From Hydrurus foetidus (taxonomy: Eukaryota): DNA of 39,510 nt. This document shows, one piece after another, positions 12,471 to 23,659 of this stretch. Each line of letters opens with the position of its first letter. Within the stretch, counting starts at the first letter, position 1. The DNA is taken from contig UYFQ01000488.1 in NCBI GenBank assembly GCA_900617105.1, positions 1 through 39,510 of the forward strand. Direction: 5' to 3'. Both the position numbers and the translations under genes were made by a program. A model generated the notes under the pieces. It had not been told where the DNA came from, made no database searches, and saw only the letters and a list, made by a program, of their open reading frames with translations.

Positions 12471-12836
12471 TGTCAGACTAACCACCAACGTAGTAACGTC
12501 TGTTGTATAGTAGCAAATATAGTAGTATAGATGCACGTTAGGTATTACTGTATACATATATGTGTAACCGTACGTACACCATAGAACGCACATTGTACAT
12601 ACCAGATATGGCCGTTGGCGATACATCCCATATTCGAAAGCATCCTTTCAGTGCCAACAACTGCTATGATCTTTCTTGCAACGCCACACATTATTTCACT
12701 TCTACCTTGCTCGCCACCTCGTCTGCCAGGTAGCCAATCACATGTTAGTTGCATATGCAGATTGCCAACTGCAGATCTTCTGTATCTTGTTAACCTAAGC
12801 AGATCTTAATCGATATAGCTTGCAGTTTCGCCGACA
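12471..12836 (+). repeat. Copia-1 3' LTR (end uncertain; alternative end at 12930)
   Basis: Follows the PPT; TGTC...GACA inverted termini. No partner LTR lies in the window. Confidence 0.65.
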
Positions 12837-12930
12837 CAGCGTTCTAGTCGAGTCTTGGAGTTCTACTGCAGTAGCATCCACACCAGTTGGACTATAAGTC
12901 ATCAGGTGATATCCTTTAGCCAGATCCACA

Positions 12931-15898
12931 GGACTCTATGGGCGCACGGCCACGTTCCTGATAGTTAACATAAGATATGTGCCACCATTGCCTTGCAACG
13001 AGGATTTCACAATGGTATATCCGGTACCCGTGGAGGGGGAACCGGAGGCGATGGCCGTAACTGCGGCACTAACACTTAAACTGAAAGAGACAGTTTTTAT
13101 GGCTCACGTGAAATCAATCATGCAAGCCAGAGAAGATGAGGCTAAAATATACGACCTCATGTGGGATAAGATGTCGGCGGCGTCACGGTGCAAGATCCAA
13201 GAACAAGGCGAATACGCCGCCTGCAACATCTCTAAGGACCCCGTGATCCTGTGGGAGATCACCAGGCGTACGCATCTCACTCACATCAATGGAGAAGGAG
13301 ATCCCCTACAACTACTTAACATCAAAGAGCAAGAGGCTCGATATGAGTGCATGAAGCAAGGTGAGAGATATTTCCTAGCTAATTTATGATCAGATTTGAG
13401 GCACAGGTTCTGGCTAGCAGAAGCGCTGGACTGGCCGAGATTTCGGAATCCAAGCGTGCCATGGACTTTGTGTACAATCTAGACAAAGAGCGATACGGAA
13501 CCATGATAGCAGGAATGAGAAACGCGGCCATGAAGGGCGAGCCACTTGCATACCCACCTACCGTGATCGCCGCTGTCCGCATAGCAACCGGCTGGGTGAT
13601 CGATGACCCAGGGTTCTCACGGCAACCTGGCGTGGGAACTGATACCCACTCTGCCTTAGTAACAGAGACTGATCCTCCGGCGAAAAGCGAGGTAGGAAAA
13701 TCGGCGCCTCCGAAAAGCAAGACCGACGTGAAGAAAAAGGGCAAGTCCACTGTGGAGTGCTTCGTGTGTGGGAAGATGGGACATTATGCTCGGGACTGTA
13801 AAAAGAAGAAATCCACTGATAAGGCCTTAGTGGCGAAGGACTCTACGGGAGACGACTATGAGGAGGAATTGGAGGATGACGAAGTGGCTTATGTGACAAC
13901 ACTGGAAAGAGTCCTATTCTCTAGGGATGACGTCTTGCTTGATAGTCAAGCGTCGGTCAACGTGTTCTGCAACAGGGAACCACTGAGCAACGTGAAGGAA
14001 TCGACCACGAAGGTGATCTTGAAGGGAGTTCAGGCGAAAGCATCTGGGGTGGCGATCAACCAAGATGGTGAATTTCGAGATGTGGGAACATGTTACTTCA
14101 GCAAGGAAGCGACAGCGAACATACTGTCGTACGCGGTGATGGTAGATGGTGGGAACGACGTGGAATATGATAAACCTAACGATCGTTACACACTCAGACC
14201 TTCGGGGAGTAACGTGATATACTTGTTCTGCAGGAAGAACATTCCTGGGAGTGAAGGAAAGTTCTACTGCTGCGACATGAAGACTATGGCTAGAAACTCG
14301 CATACGACGTATTCTACTGATCACGCGTTGATAGAAACGGTGCAGGGTAACATTTCAAAATGCACCAAGCGAGAAATCGCTGGTGCTGACAAGGCAAGAC
14401 TGCTGCTTGGGAAGATGGGTTTCCCATCAGTGCGCAATGCGATCGATATCGCAGTGAGGGGAACCAACTTTGACGTTACAGCTAGAGATTTCGCTATAGC
14501 GGAAGACATTTACGGAACTGACATCGCGACCATGAAGGGGAAGACTAAGAAGCAGTCTACAGCCATCGCTGACATATCAACCGGGGCAGTGATCGCACAG
14601 GTGGAACAGATTCTGTCTGTTGATGTGATATTTGTGGAAGGTGTACCGTCACTGATCAGACTGGCTAAGTGGCTGGACCTAACCATGGCTGTAACCTTGT
14701 CGTCATACGACTCGGCACAGGGTCCGAGGTCGGCGATCGTCATCAAGAAAGGTATTGATGGATTCATATCGACCCTGGCCTCCAGAAATTTCGTCACGCG
14801 TGTGATAATGAGCGACGGTGAAGGGGCACTTGGAAGAATCAAAGAGGATTCAAACTTGCTCGGTATAGAAGTCGACATCTCTGGGGCTGGTGGTCATGTG
14901 TCAAGAATAGAGCGGAAGATTCAGACGGTACAGGAAAGGCTGCGAGCTTACATCTCTTATCAACTACCTTTTACTCTAACCTATTTGGGTGTGGCAATGT
15001 TAGTTCTCTTCTGCGTGTCCAGGTTGAACTATCAAGTTTCAATTACGGGCGGGGGGATGCAGAGTCCCCATGTAATGTTCTCGGGTCGTCAGACTGACGG
15101 CAAGCTGGATTTTCGAGTTGGTTTTGGGGAGTACGCGCAATGCACGGTGCCCAACACGAACAGCACTATGGATGCAAGAACTGAAGACTGCATCGTCATG
15201 TTACCCACGGGTAACAGAACTGGATCAGTGAAGATGATGTCTATCACCACCGGTAGGTTGATCACGCGTGATCAATTTAAAATATTACCCATGCCTCTTT
15301 CTGTTATCACGAGGTTGAACGAAGTGGCGATGGCGGAAGGAAAGAAAATATCCCGCAAAATGAAGTCGGTCATTGCCATTGAAGGAGGGTTGCAAGAGGG
15401 GGACAAACCGACGTACTTACGGCCCACTCAGGATTATACGGCTAACGTGGACCCGGTAGTCACGGCCAACCCGTACCTTCGCATAGACTTGGGCGAAGGA
15501 GAGCAAACGGAAAACGAATTTCACCCGGCTATGGTCAACGACGTTATGGGGTACCCGGAAGACTTTGACACGCCCGTCAAACCCGTTCGCAACGATTTTA
15601 ACTTGCAGCATCTGGATGTTGGCGAGCTTCAAGAATTCCACATGCCAAAGACTGTCGAGTATCGTCACCCAGATACCGTAGAGTATCGTCATCCCGATGT
15701 ATCGGTCCCATGCACCCCGCCGAGTAACACCCCAGAATCCGCTAAGCGGAGCGTCTCTTGGGCTTACAGAAGCAAAGGTGCAAATGTGAGTGCTGACCTT
15801 ATGGGGATATACGGCGATGGAGACGTGGCGCTGCACGCTGATCGTGTGGATCAGGACAGGTGCGCATCAGAAGAGCGAGCACTGAATATCACAGTCAA
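12931..15898 (+). mobile_element. Second Copia-type element (Copia-2): gag-PR-IN, truncated before RT
   Basis: Gag from YGRTATFL with a frameshift near 13385; CFVCGKMGHYARDC; LLDSQAS; SVDVIF, MSDGEG, RIERKI. It ends at ALNITVK, equivalent to MMNMTVT just before RT in 31004-33004. Confidence 0.9.
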
Positions 15899-16277
15899 AG
15901 TTTTACACTGAATATCACAGTTTTACACTTATTCCTATTAATCTTACCTACACACATATACTCACTGTATTATGGCTTTATAAAGTTAATAACTTTTGTA
16001 CTGCATCGAGTCTATCGACCCCACTTTATTTTCACGATTATGATACATATATATAGCAGTTTTATATCATGTTTGATAATAGTTCAACATTTGGCTGTAT
16101 CATAACAGTGTTTTAGACGGATATTGAAACTTTTTATCTGTATTCTATCCCCGACCACATCAATTGGACCTAAAAATCTCAGAAACTGTGTTTCGCAACG
16201 AATATCACAAGTGCAATGCTTTTAAGCACCATGTCACGCATTATTTTGATGAGATCTACGAAAAAATGCTATTTACA

Positions 16278-16330
16278 TGTAAACGGTCCCATGCTTTCTG
16301 TAAACGGTCCCATGCTTCCGGCAAACAGTC
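16278..16330 (+). repeat. 21-bp minisatellite split by the MULE (continues at 18465-18499)
   Basis: tgtaaacggtcccatgctt(t/c)c units; four in-register units reform when the MULE and one TSD are removed. Confidence 0.85.
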
Positions 16331-18464
16331 GGCCCGACTATCCAGCAAACCGACCCAGCAAACAGCTTCCAGCAAATGATTTTCCCCCAGAAAACCGTAG
16401 GGTCTTTTTGACCTGACCGGTGGGGAACCTTCCCCAAAAAAACTGAAATGTAAATAATTTTTTATTTGAATTTTCGAATTTCTACTGGAGAGGGGGTTGG
16501 TTTTGAACCCTCACTTTAAAAGAGTCATGCATCATCTCTACCAACGTTGTTCGGTGTATGTTTGTTGAAAATATGCAAGCTTCAATAGTCCTGAAGTAAG
16601 AACAGAAGTCCTCAAACTTGCCAACTTCTTGCAAGATCGATCAAAAATGAGCATTCTAGTTGAGAGTGACTCGGTGAGGACACCTTTCAAAATGGCGCGT
16701 CAAGCTGTATTATCAGCACAAGATATTCGGGGCGAGGGAGTATTTTATGGAATAGAAACAAGTTTGATGACAGAAGATGAGTGCAAGCTCATCGTTCGAT
16801 TGATATGTGCAACCATTTCAAAAGTTGAAGAACGATCTTGGTCATCGTCTACAGCATTGAATAATCGCTACATGGGTGCGTAGATTTCGAGATCTTTAAC
16901 ATCGATAATTAATCGTTATGTTGGCTTACTGAAGTTTATCTGTGTAACTGTGTAGGCCGCTGCTCCAACAATGGTTCTGCAGGGTGCAAGAATGTCGTCG
17001 TACTAAATGCTCGTACAAGTACAAAATGTGGCTGTAACGCCGGCTTTACTTTCAATGCAAGCATGGGCACGTTAGTATTCAGGAACCATCAGAATGGGGA
17101 AGTGCATCATGAAATGTGCTCTAAGCTCAGCATCACTGAACTGAACAAAAAAGCTCACGTGTTTCGGGGCCTGCAAAGTCCTCAGGAAGCTAAATCTCGA
17201 CTTGATTTCGTAACCAGTATGTTTGCTGATGACTATTCTACTCGGAATATTCAAGTAGCTAATTTGGTAAACGGTCAGATAAGAAGGTCTGCAATCGATA
17301 GCCATGGTGGAAAGCTTCCACTGGGTATGCCACATTCCGCACAAAGGCCGACATGTTGATAGACAAGGGAAAGGACAATGGAAATGTGTGTGGTGTGGTA
17401 GTGTGTGTTGTGTATATGTATGTGAACATGTCTGTATATATGCATGCATGTATGTATATATGTTTTTTTTCCGTCGCAGGTTTACGTGCAAGTTGCCACG
17501 AGAAGGGCTTCATTAATTTATTCTAATGGTTGCTGTCTAAAATAAGAAATGTTCTGTTCAAATTACCTTCATTAAATTACTTTGCACTAGCCTACTCGAC
17601 GGTAACCCAGATTTAATCCCCCCCGAAGGTATCGATGATCACGCACTGTCATTGGCAAAAAAATTCCAATAGGAGAAATACAGAGGGAGGACTACGCATG
17701 ACACATTCCCTGAAGGATATAAAAGTGAATGACTTTATCCTAAATCGTTCCCTCAGGACTCCATATGCCTCCCTCAGAGCTGCTTTCATAATCAGAAGCT
17801 TCAATTAGTGGCCAGAGTAATATTTAAGTTGTGAAATCAAAATGACAGTTAGAACCTGAGCACTGCGCTACTCACATCATAAGAACTCCGTATTGAACAT
17901 GGTTTCCCACACTGATACAGCTGCATTGGCAATGCCATACTCGCCACTCGCGAAAATGACTTCGTGGACGACGAGGTCGTCGGTCACGCGTCCGATTTTT
18001 TGTCATTCATTCCTGTAACACGTGCGAATCAGTTATTAGGAGGTCTCTACTGTTATTAGGATGAAGGATTCATTGCGAGACAGTACGGCGGCGGTGTTGC
18101 ATAGTAGGTTACTGACCATAATGGTGACTGGCCGCTTTCGGTAGCAGCCGGAGATATTTCAATTGCTCAGAAAAATTCCGCTGGAAAAGCTGTGCCCACG
18201 GCTGCAGCTGCCAGGTAGGGCCTCTTCACGATTGAGCTGAAGTTAGAAAGGTACTTCCGACTTCTTCTTAGTATATGACTTCTTGAAAAGGAATGTGGAA
18301 TGTGATTTTGATTATCAATCGCCGATGCTGCTGGGCTGAAATCATTTCACAGCTTAAAAATTCCGTTAAAATGTTGCAACGTAATTCCAAAATTGTGAAA
18401 AAGTTATCCGGTAACTCAGTTTGCTGGAACTGTTTGCTGGGTCGGTTTGCTGGATAGTCGGGCC
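16331..18464 (+). mobile_element. Mutator-like (MULE) DNA transposon, non-autonomous
   Basis: ~46-bp TIRs GGCCCGACTATCCAGCAAACCGACCCAGCAAACAG; TSD GGCAAACAGTC at 16320-16330 and 18465-18475 (or 9 bp if the TIR includes one more base). Confidence 0.88.
16647..17527 (+). pseudogene. MULE transposase N-terminal remnant (FAR1/WRKY-like zinc finger)
   Basis: FIC...RTSTKCGCNAGFTF...NH..HH pattern at about 16935-17120, broken by stops and frameshifts. Likely intron ending tttttccgtcgcag at 17479. No DDE core seen. Confidence 0.6.
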
Positions 18465-18538
18465 GGCAAACAGTCCCAAGCTTCCTCTAAACGGTCCCAA
18501 TCAATTTTATTCTCCGTTTTTTTCCATCCGAAATTTTC

Positions 18539-19660
18539 CACAGCCAAGACGAACGAACGTTGAACGGAACATGAACGAACGAAAAAAAAAAAAAATCGTT
18601 CATGAACGAAATGTCCGTTCATGAACGAAAACTCCAGATTTCCCTGCTATCGTTCGAACGTGTTTGTCCACCTTTCGTTCGTTCATGTTCAATTTTTTCG
18701 CTCAATGTTCGTTCATTATATGAACATTTTCCTGAGAAAAAAAAAAATTGTCTTAAACTTTAATTTAGACAGAATCTATCTGATGAGCCACTCAATTGAA
18801 ATAAAATAAACACATTGGCAACACATTCTAATCATCATCCTCAAAATTGTTCTCTTCCTCAAGGTCGCTGTCAATATCTGCAGGTACATCATTAACAAGT
18901 TGTTGATTCTCTTGCAAATCAGGATCCCTAAATCGCATAGGAATCTTCGCATCAATTGCTGCTGTTGCAACTACAGGTATAGTGCTTGGTATCAGAGAGA
19001 GGGATATTTTTTTTCTTCTTTTTTCTTTTTCCGACAAGTATTTTAGGGGAGTACAAAACATCAGACTTTGCCAAAATTTGAGGGAATTTCTCATCAAAAT
19101 TTTCGGGCGTGCAAGATAATCGATACGCTTGGAGTTTTTCTCAAAAAGAAGTACTTGAATGTGTGTTGGTGATAGAATTTGTCAGTTTGCAGATGTAAAT
19201 TATAGTGCATATATATGCGCATATGCCTACAGGCCTGAGCAAGTTTTTTTCATTAATTACGGAACAAGTTCAAAGGTCCCAGAATTTTGGTTCCGAGTTA
19301 CAGGCTTCCCAAAAATAAAAAATGAACGAAAAAGAACGAACATGAACGAAACATGAACGAAACATGAACGAACATGAACGAACATGAACGAAACATGAAC
19401 GAAACATGAACGAATGATGAACGAACATTTTTCACAGGACGTTCATGAACGAAATTCTTCGAGTCAGGTCCTATCGTTCATCGTTCACGAACGAATTCGT
19501 GCATGCTTCGTTCATGTTCGATTCGTTCATGAACGATTTCTGCCGATTTCATTTCTATCGTTCGTTTTCGGACGAACGAACGAAAAGACCCGCTTTTTTC
19601 CGTTCATGTTCAATGTTCGTTCATCTTTGGACGAACGACCGTTCGTTCGTCTTGGCTGTG
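18539..19660. mobile_element. 1.1-kb non-autonomous TIR DNA transposon (CA...TG, 8-bp TSD; P- or hAT-like, superfamily not certain)
   Basis: Perfect 21-bp TIR CACAGCCAAGACGAACGAACG; TSD AAATTTTC at 18531-18538 and 19661-19668; dense subterminal ATGAACGAA motifs in both orientations. Confidence 0.9.
19322..19426 (+). repeat. Tandem (ATGAACGAA[A]C)n array
   Basis: About 9-10 units of 10-11 bp with no unique spacers. Confidence 0.9.
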
Positions 19661-20314
19661 AAATTTTCCGCTTTTTTTGTTTTGTTTTCGGTCCCCGCAC
19701 TGGGACCGGTTACAGCTAAAAGTCGTCAAAACCACTTTCAAGAATACTGTACAGTCACAGTCACATCAAGGGGGTATTCTCTTGAAAACCCCCTTGGTCA
19801 CATAATATGCATAACTCACAATAGGAGACAGTACTGCACAAGATGATACACAAATAAAACAGATTCCGATCGACCATCATTATGAAATTAGCTGTCGTGG
19901 TCAGCAGAGGGAAGATGCTGTGTATTTTCAAGACTTAAGAGCCACACGCTATTTTTTTCCAGAGAGAGTATGAGGTTACTTTTTCGACCTTCAAGGAGTT
20001 TTCGAGTGGAAGAGAGGGGAATGCCTTGATTGCTCTGCGCTTACTACTATACTGTACGGAAGTGCATGTTGCCTCGATGCTAAGAGTGCACCTACGGTGT
20101 GATGTGATGCTATGCGTCAGCTGTCTAGTTGATATCTTATCTCGGCTCATTGTACTGCTGCTGGCTAAGGAGGTCAAAGGAGTATGACGTTATTTGTCCA
20201 GAACGACTTTACTTGAGAAATGTGGCTGCTATGCTGTATCCAACATAATCGGCGATGAAAGACTACACCTAACTAACTATCTTCGAAGATACTAAGTATG
20301 TGTCGTACTCTATA

Positions 20315-20340
20315 TTAGGGTTAGGGTTAGGGTTAGGGTT
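20315..20340 (+). repeat. Interstitial telomere-type repeat (TTAGGG)4
   Basis: Four perfect units plus TT. Confidence 0.85.
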
Positions 20341-20577
20341 CACTGTGTATGTGCGTGGCAGTCACCTATGGGTTCAGTGCAGTGGTTCGAACACCCGTGC
20401 AAGTTTTGCACACCGTTTTAAACATGGAAGACAGTGTAAGTCTAAACGCATAAGTAATATAATATAAATAATCATGCGAGTGCTATCAACTCAGACGATA
20501 AAGGTCTCACTCAATCTAACTACGTAAGTGGTGCGATGTCGGCCCTTCTGTAGTCTCGTTGGCCATAGAACCGACGT

Positions 20578-21740
20578 CTAGTCTAAATCAGAATCAGATA
20601 TTATGTTGGGGTTCAGTTTGTCCTTGACGAGGGTCACGTTGAAGGGTGTTAGAGCGGAAGGAGTCGTCACCGTGCCCATGGCCTCGAGACCAGATGACGC
20701 GTAGCACTAGTAGTCCTCCAGTCGCAGGTACGACTGACCGAAGTTACGCGCATTCAGTGCCAGTCGTTGGGCAATCTTAGGGTGAGCCTTCAGCCAGAGA
20801 TCTTTCTTAAGGACGTCGACGCCATTGAAGGCTAGCGGGACATACTAGAAAAAAAGGAAAATAAAGGGAGGGAAAGGAGAGAATCAAATCTAGAAAAGGC
20901 ACGGTGAAGGTGAAAGGAACGAGGGGAGGGGGCGGCAGCGGCTGAACGGGAAGATATCTTGATTTCAGGAAGGGTAGGGTAGGGTAGGGTAGGGTAGGGT
21001 AGGGTAGGGTACGGTTAGAGTACGGTAGGTTAGAGTACGGTAGATTAGAGTACGGTAGGTTACGATAGGGTAGGGTAGGGTACAGTAGTAGGGTAAAAAA
21101 AAAGAAAAGGGAGGGACTGTGTCAGTTGAGGCACTGTTACAGGAGACAGGATATGGGACAGGACAGCATAGCACAGCACAGGACAGCACAGCATCAATCA
21201 ATCAGCACATGCTTGTCGACAATTAAGGAGTGTCAGAGACGAGACACAGTCGCTGGCTAGTGAGGTGAGGAGGAGCGTAGCTGTGACAGCTAGTCAACTA
21301 GCTGACAGTGTGTGGATGGATGCGAATGCATTTAATCGTCAGAGACCAGAGAATATACATGATGAGGAGTGATGATGGCGAGTCACGTGATACAGATAGA
21401 CAGGCAACAGTGCGTCTCGGGCAGTATCGCAGCCGCACGTACCGTAGTGCACCCAGGGTTTGAGAAATGCCGAGTAGTGATAGCGGAAGTCTGTTTCCTG
21501 AAGCAGAATGACTGCTCCGGAATGTGCCAAAAAGCGTTCAATCTGTCAGCGCTGCTCACGCCTGCGATGACGATCAGATGTTCGCAGGACAGCATGTACT
21601 CCTCCAAATTCACTTCTTTCTTCGAGTTTATCCTCATCCTTTTGTCGAAGTAACCGGTGAGCTTGGCATCTTTCCTTCCGTCTGAATACACGCTGCCCCA
21701 ATATATTTTATTCATGTTCATGCAGTAGGGGCCCACACCT
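20578..21740 (-). pseudogene. Glycosyltransferase family 90 (CAP10/POGLUT-like) C-terminal exons, disrupted
   Basis: Exon ~21740-21443: AGVSSADRL...SGAVILLQETDFRYHYSAFLKPWVHY, with a 1-nt loss in the A run near 21530. Exon 20844-20578: YVPLAFNGVDVLKKDLWLKAHPKIAQRLALNARNFGQSYLRLEDY*CY, with TAG at 20707. The splice phases do not match cleanly. Confidence 0.7.
20970..21082 (+). repeat. (AGGGT)n microsatellite with 20-bp derived units, intronic
   Basis: Direct reading. Confidence 0.9.
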
Positions 21741-21939
21741 CTATATCAGTGAGGCGGGATGGATGTCTGGAGAGGGTGGACGAATCAAGAAAGGTAACGA
21801 AAATGAATGAGGAGGTTTTCAACCCGGATCTAGAATGGAGGATTTATGGATTGTCTTCAGATCTGACGGTTACTTAAGGTGCAGCAAAGTGGGCTCCAGT
21901 AAAAGAAAGAAAATTCGGTAAAAAGAGAGATCAAGCTGT

Positions 21940-22525
21940 GAAAGGTGCGATACAAAAAATTAGGAAAATGGGTAGGACAAATAAAAGAAAGGAAAAGGGG
22001 AAAAAGGATGGGAAGAAGGAAGAGATGAAGGAGAAGGAAGAAAGAAGATGGATGGAAGAAAGGATGAGGAAATGGATGAAGGATGGAGAAATCAATGATG
22101 CGATGATGAATGACATGCGATGGATGAATGAATGGAGGATGATGATGATGAATAAGAATGATGGATGAAATGAATGAATGGATGGATGAAATGATGAAAT
22201 GGATGGAGGAATCAAAGAATGATGATGAATGAATGAATGGATGAATGAGGAATAAGGAATGAAGGATGGAAGAATGAATGGAATGAGGATGAATGAATGA
22301 TGAATGGATGGATGGAAGAATGGAATGGAAGGAAGGAGGAAAAGGGAGGAAGGAATGAAGGAAGGAAGGAAGGAAGAATGGAGGAAGGAGGAAGGAGGGA
22401 GGAAGGAGGAAGGAAGGAAGGAGAAGGAAGGGAGGAGGAAGGAAGGAGGGAAGGAGGAAAGAAGGAAGGAAGGAGGAAGGAGGAAGGAGTGGAGGAAGGA
22501 AGGAGAGGAAGGAGTGGGAGGGGGG
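21940..22525 (+). repeat. Purine-rich low-complexity tract (GAAT/GGAT grading into GGAA/GGA)
   Basis: Direct reading; the ORFs over it are compositional artefacts. Confidence 0.9.
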
Positions 22526-22753
22526 TAAAGAGCAGGTGATTGGTACTGAAGTCAAGGTTTGAGTACAATTTAAGTTTCAAACTACAGAATCACCCACTAG
22601 ATGTATAAACGCATGAAGTCAGAAGAAATATGACTTTTGGACAAAGTAAATCAATAAAATGAAATTCAGTCGGTCTGTTTTGCAGCACACTCAACAAATG
22701 ACGAGAAGGAAAAAAAATCCAATCCAATTAATCAAGTGACAAGACTCCCTCTA

Positions 22754-22769
22754 CTAACCCTAACCCTAA
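22754..22769 (-). repeat. Short telomere-type repeat (CCCTAA), about 2.7 units
   Basis: ctaaccctaaccctaa. Confidence 0.5.
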
Positions 22770-23659
22770 TCCGTACCGCACGGTCGCTACTCCATTCGCA
22801 TGCTGAATTTCACTTACCTTGTAACTTATTTTACATTCATTTGTAATGACGCTTTATCGATGTTTGCAGCGTGTTGTATGGCGGTCATCGTTCTACATGG
22901 CATGAGCTCCTGCTGAATCTCAGGAACATTGCAGCTGACGAGAAATATTGCTGTGAGTCAAGTCAGTGATGCACTGACACTAGTAGCACCAGTTACCAGT
23001 GGCAATGACGGCCATGATGGCGACCTTCACAATCGCCAAGAACCCTGCGATGACGGATAACAGGAGACCCAATTAAGCAGGGCTACAGTGATGATAGGAA
23101 AAGATGTCGATTTTCAGAATTCTTCTCGTCAGTCATCATTCGTGACGGTTAATCACGGAGAAAGCTTGACTGAGACATTCATCGTTCTGCGGGTGCAGCA
23201 ATCAGGCGCACACATGTCAAGACTGCACTAGGACAGAAGATAGCTACTATCAGGTTGAAACTTGGGAGTAGTGGTGGCTGAAATTGTTTACCTGACTGCT
23301 GGCACTTATCAGAACTAGACGTCACAGATGCACGGACATCTGCAGAGGTGATTAAGCGCTAGTCAGCGGTGTTATCAGATCGTTCATGTTCAACAGTCCT
23401 TCCATTACTTTCCAAAGACCCACATAAAAAACTCAAAGAAGATATTATCTGGTAATCACGAAACAATTCCAGTAGCGGAAGACAAAATAATGTCACTTAC
23501 TAACGATACAGGCGTAGCTGTCGACGATGTTTAATGTTCAATGCTGATTGATCATGTCAGATGGCGTATCGATATCAATATCATTATCAATGCTACACAC
23601 ACAAGCAAGCGTCATATCACATCACATCGCATCGCCTCACATATTGCATCGTATCTCAC

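Larger units (their letters stand above)
8290..12836 (+). mobile_element. Ty1/Copia LTR retrotransposon (Copia-1), 3' part, interrupted by Gypsy-1
   Basis: PR-IN-RT-RH order; PPT ACGGGGAG followed by TGTC at 12471; coding sequence starts abruptly at the Gypsy-1 LTR edge. Confidence 0.92.
16106..19749. mobile_element. Possible old small TIR element (CAGT...ACTG) hosting the two DNA transposons
   Basis: Degenerate ~45-bp inverted similarity between 16106-16150 and 19701-19749. The tgtaa(a/c)cggtccca motif occurs inside and inverted at 19701-19714. TA flanks the right end but AA the left. Confidence 0.3.

Noticed and set aside
12863..12874. 12-bp palindrome CTACTGCAGTAG as a Copia primer site
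   Set aside because: It does not abut either candidate LTR end and follows a 3' LTR; there is no second copy for comparison.
19322..19426. CRISPR-like array
   Set aside because: Units are 10-11 bp with no unique spacers, no cas genes are present, and the array lies inside a eukaryotic TIR element.
19850..20280. Possible ARM-repeat gene relic (CYAVSNI-like)
   Set aside because: Only a few residues match, with multiple stops; not supportable.
21857..22580. ORFs rich in P/S/F or E/G/R/K
   Set aside because: They are translations of a purine-rich microsatellite.
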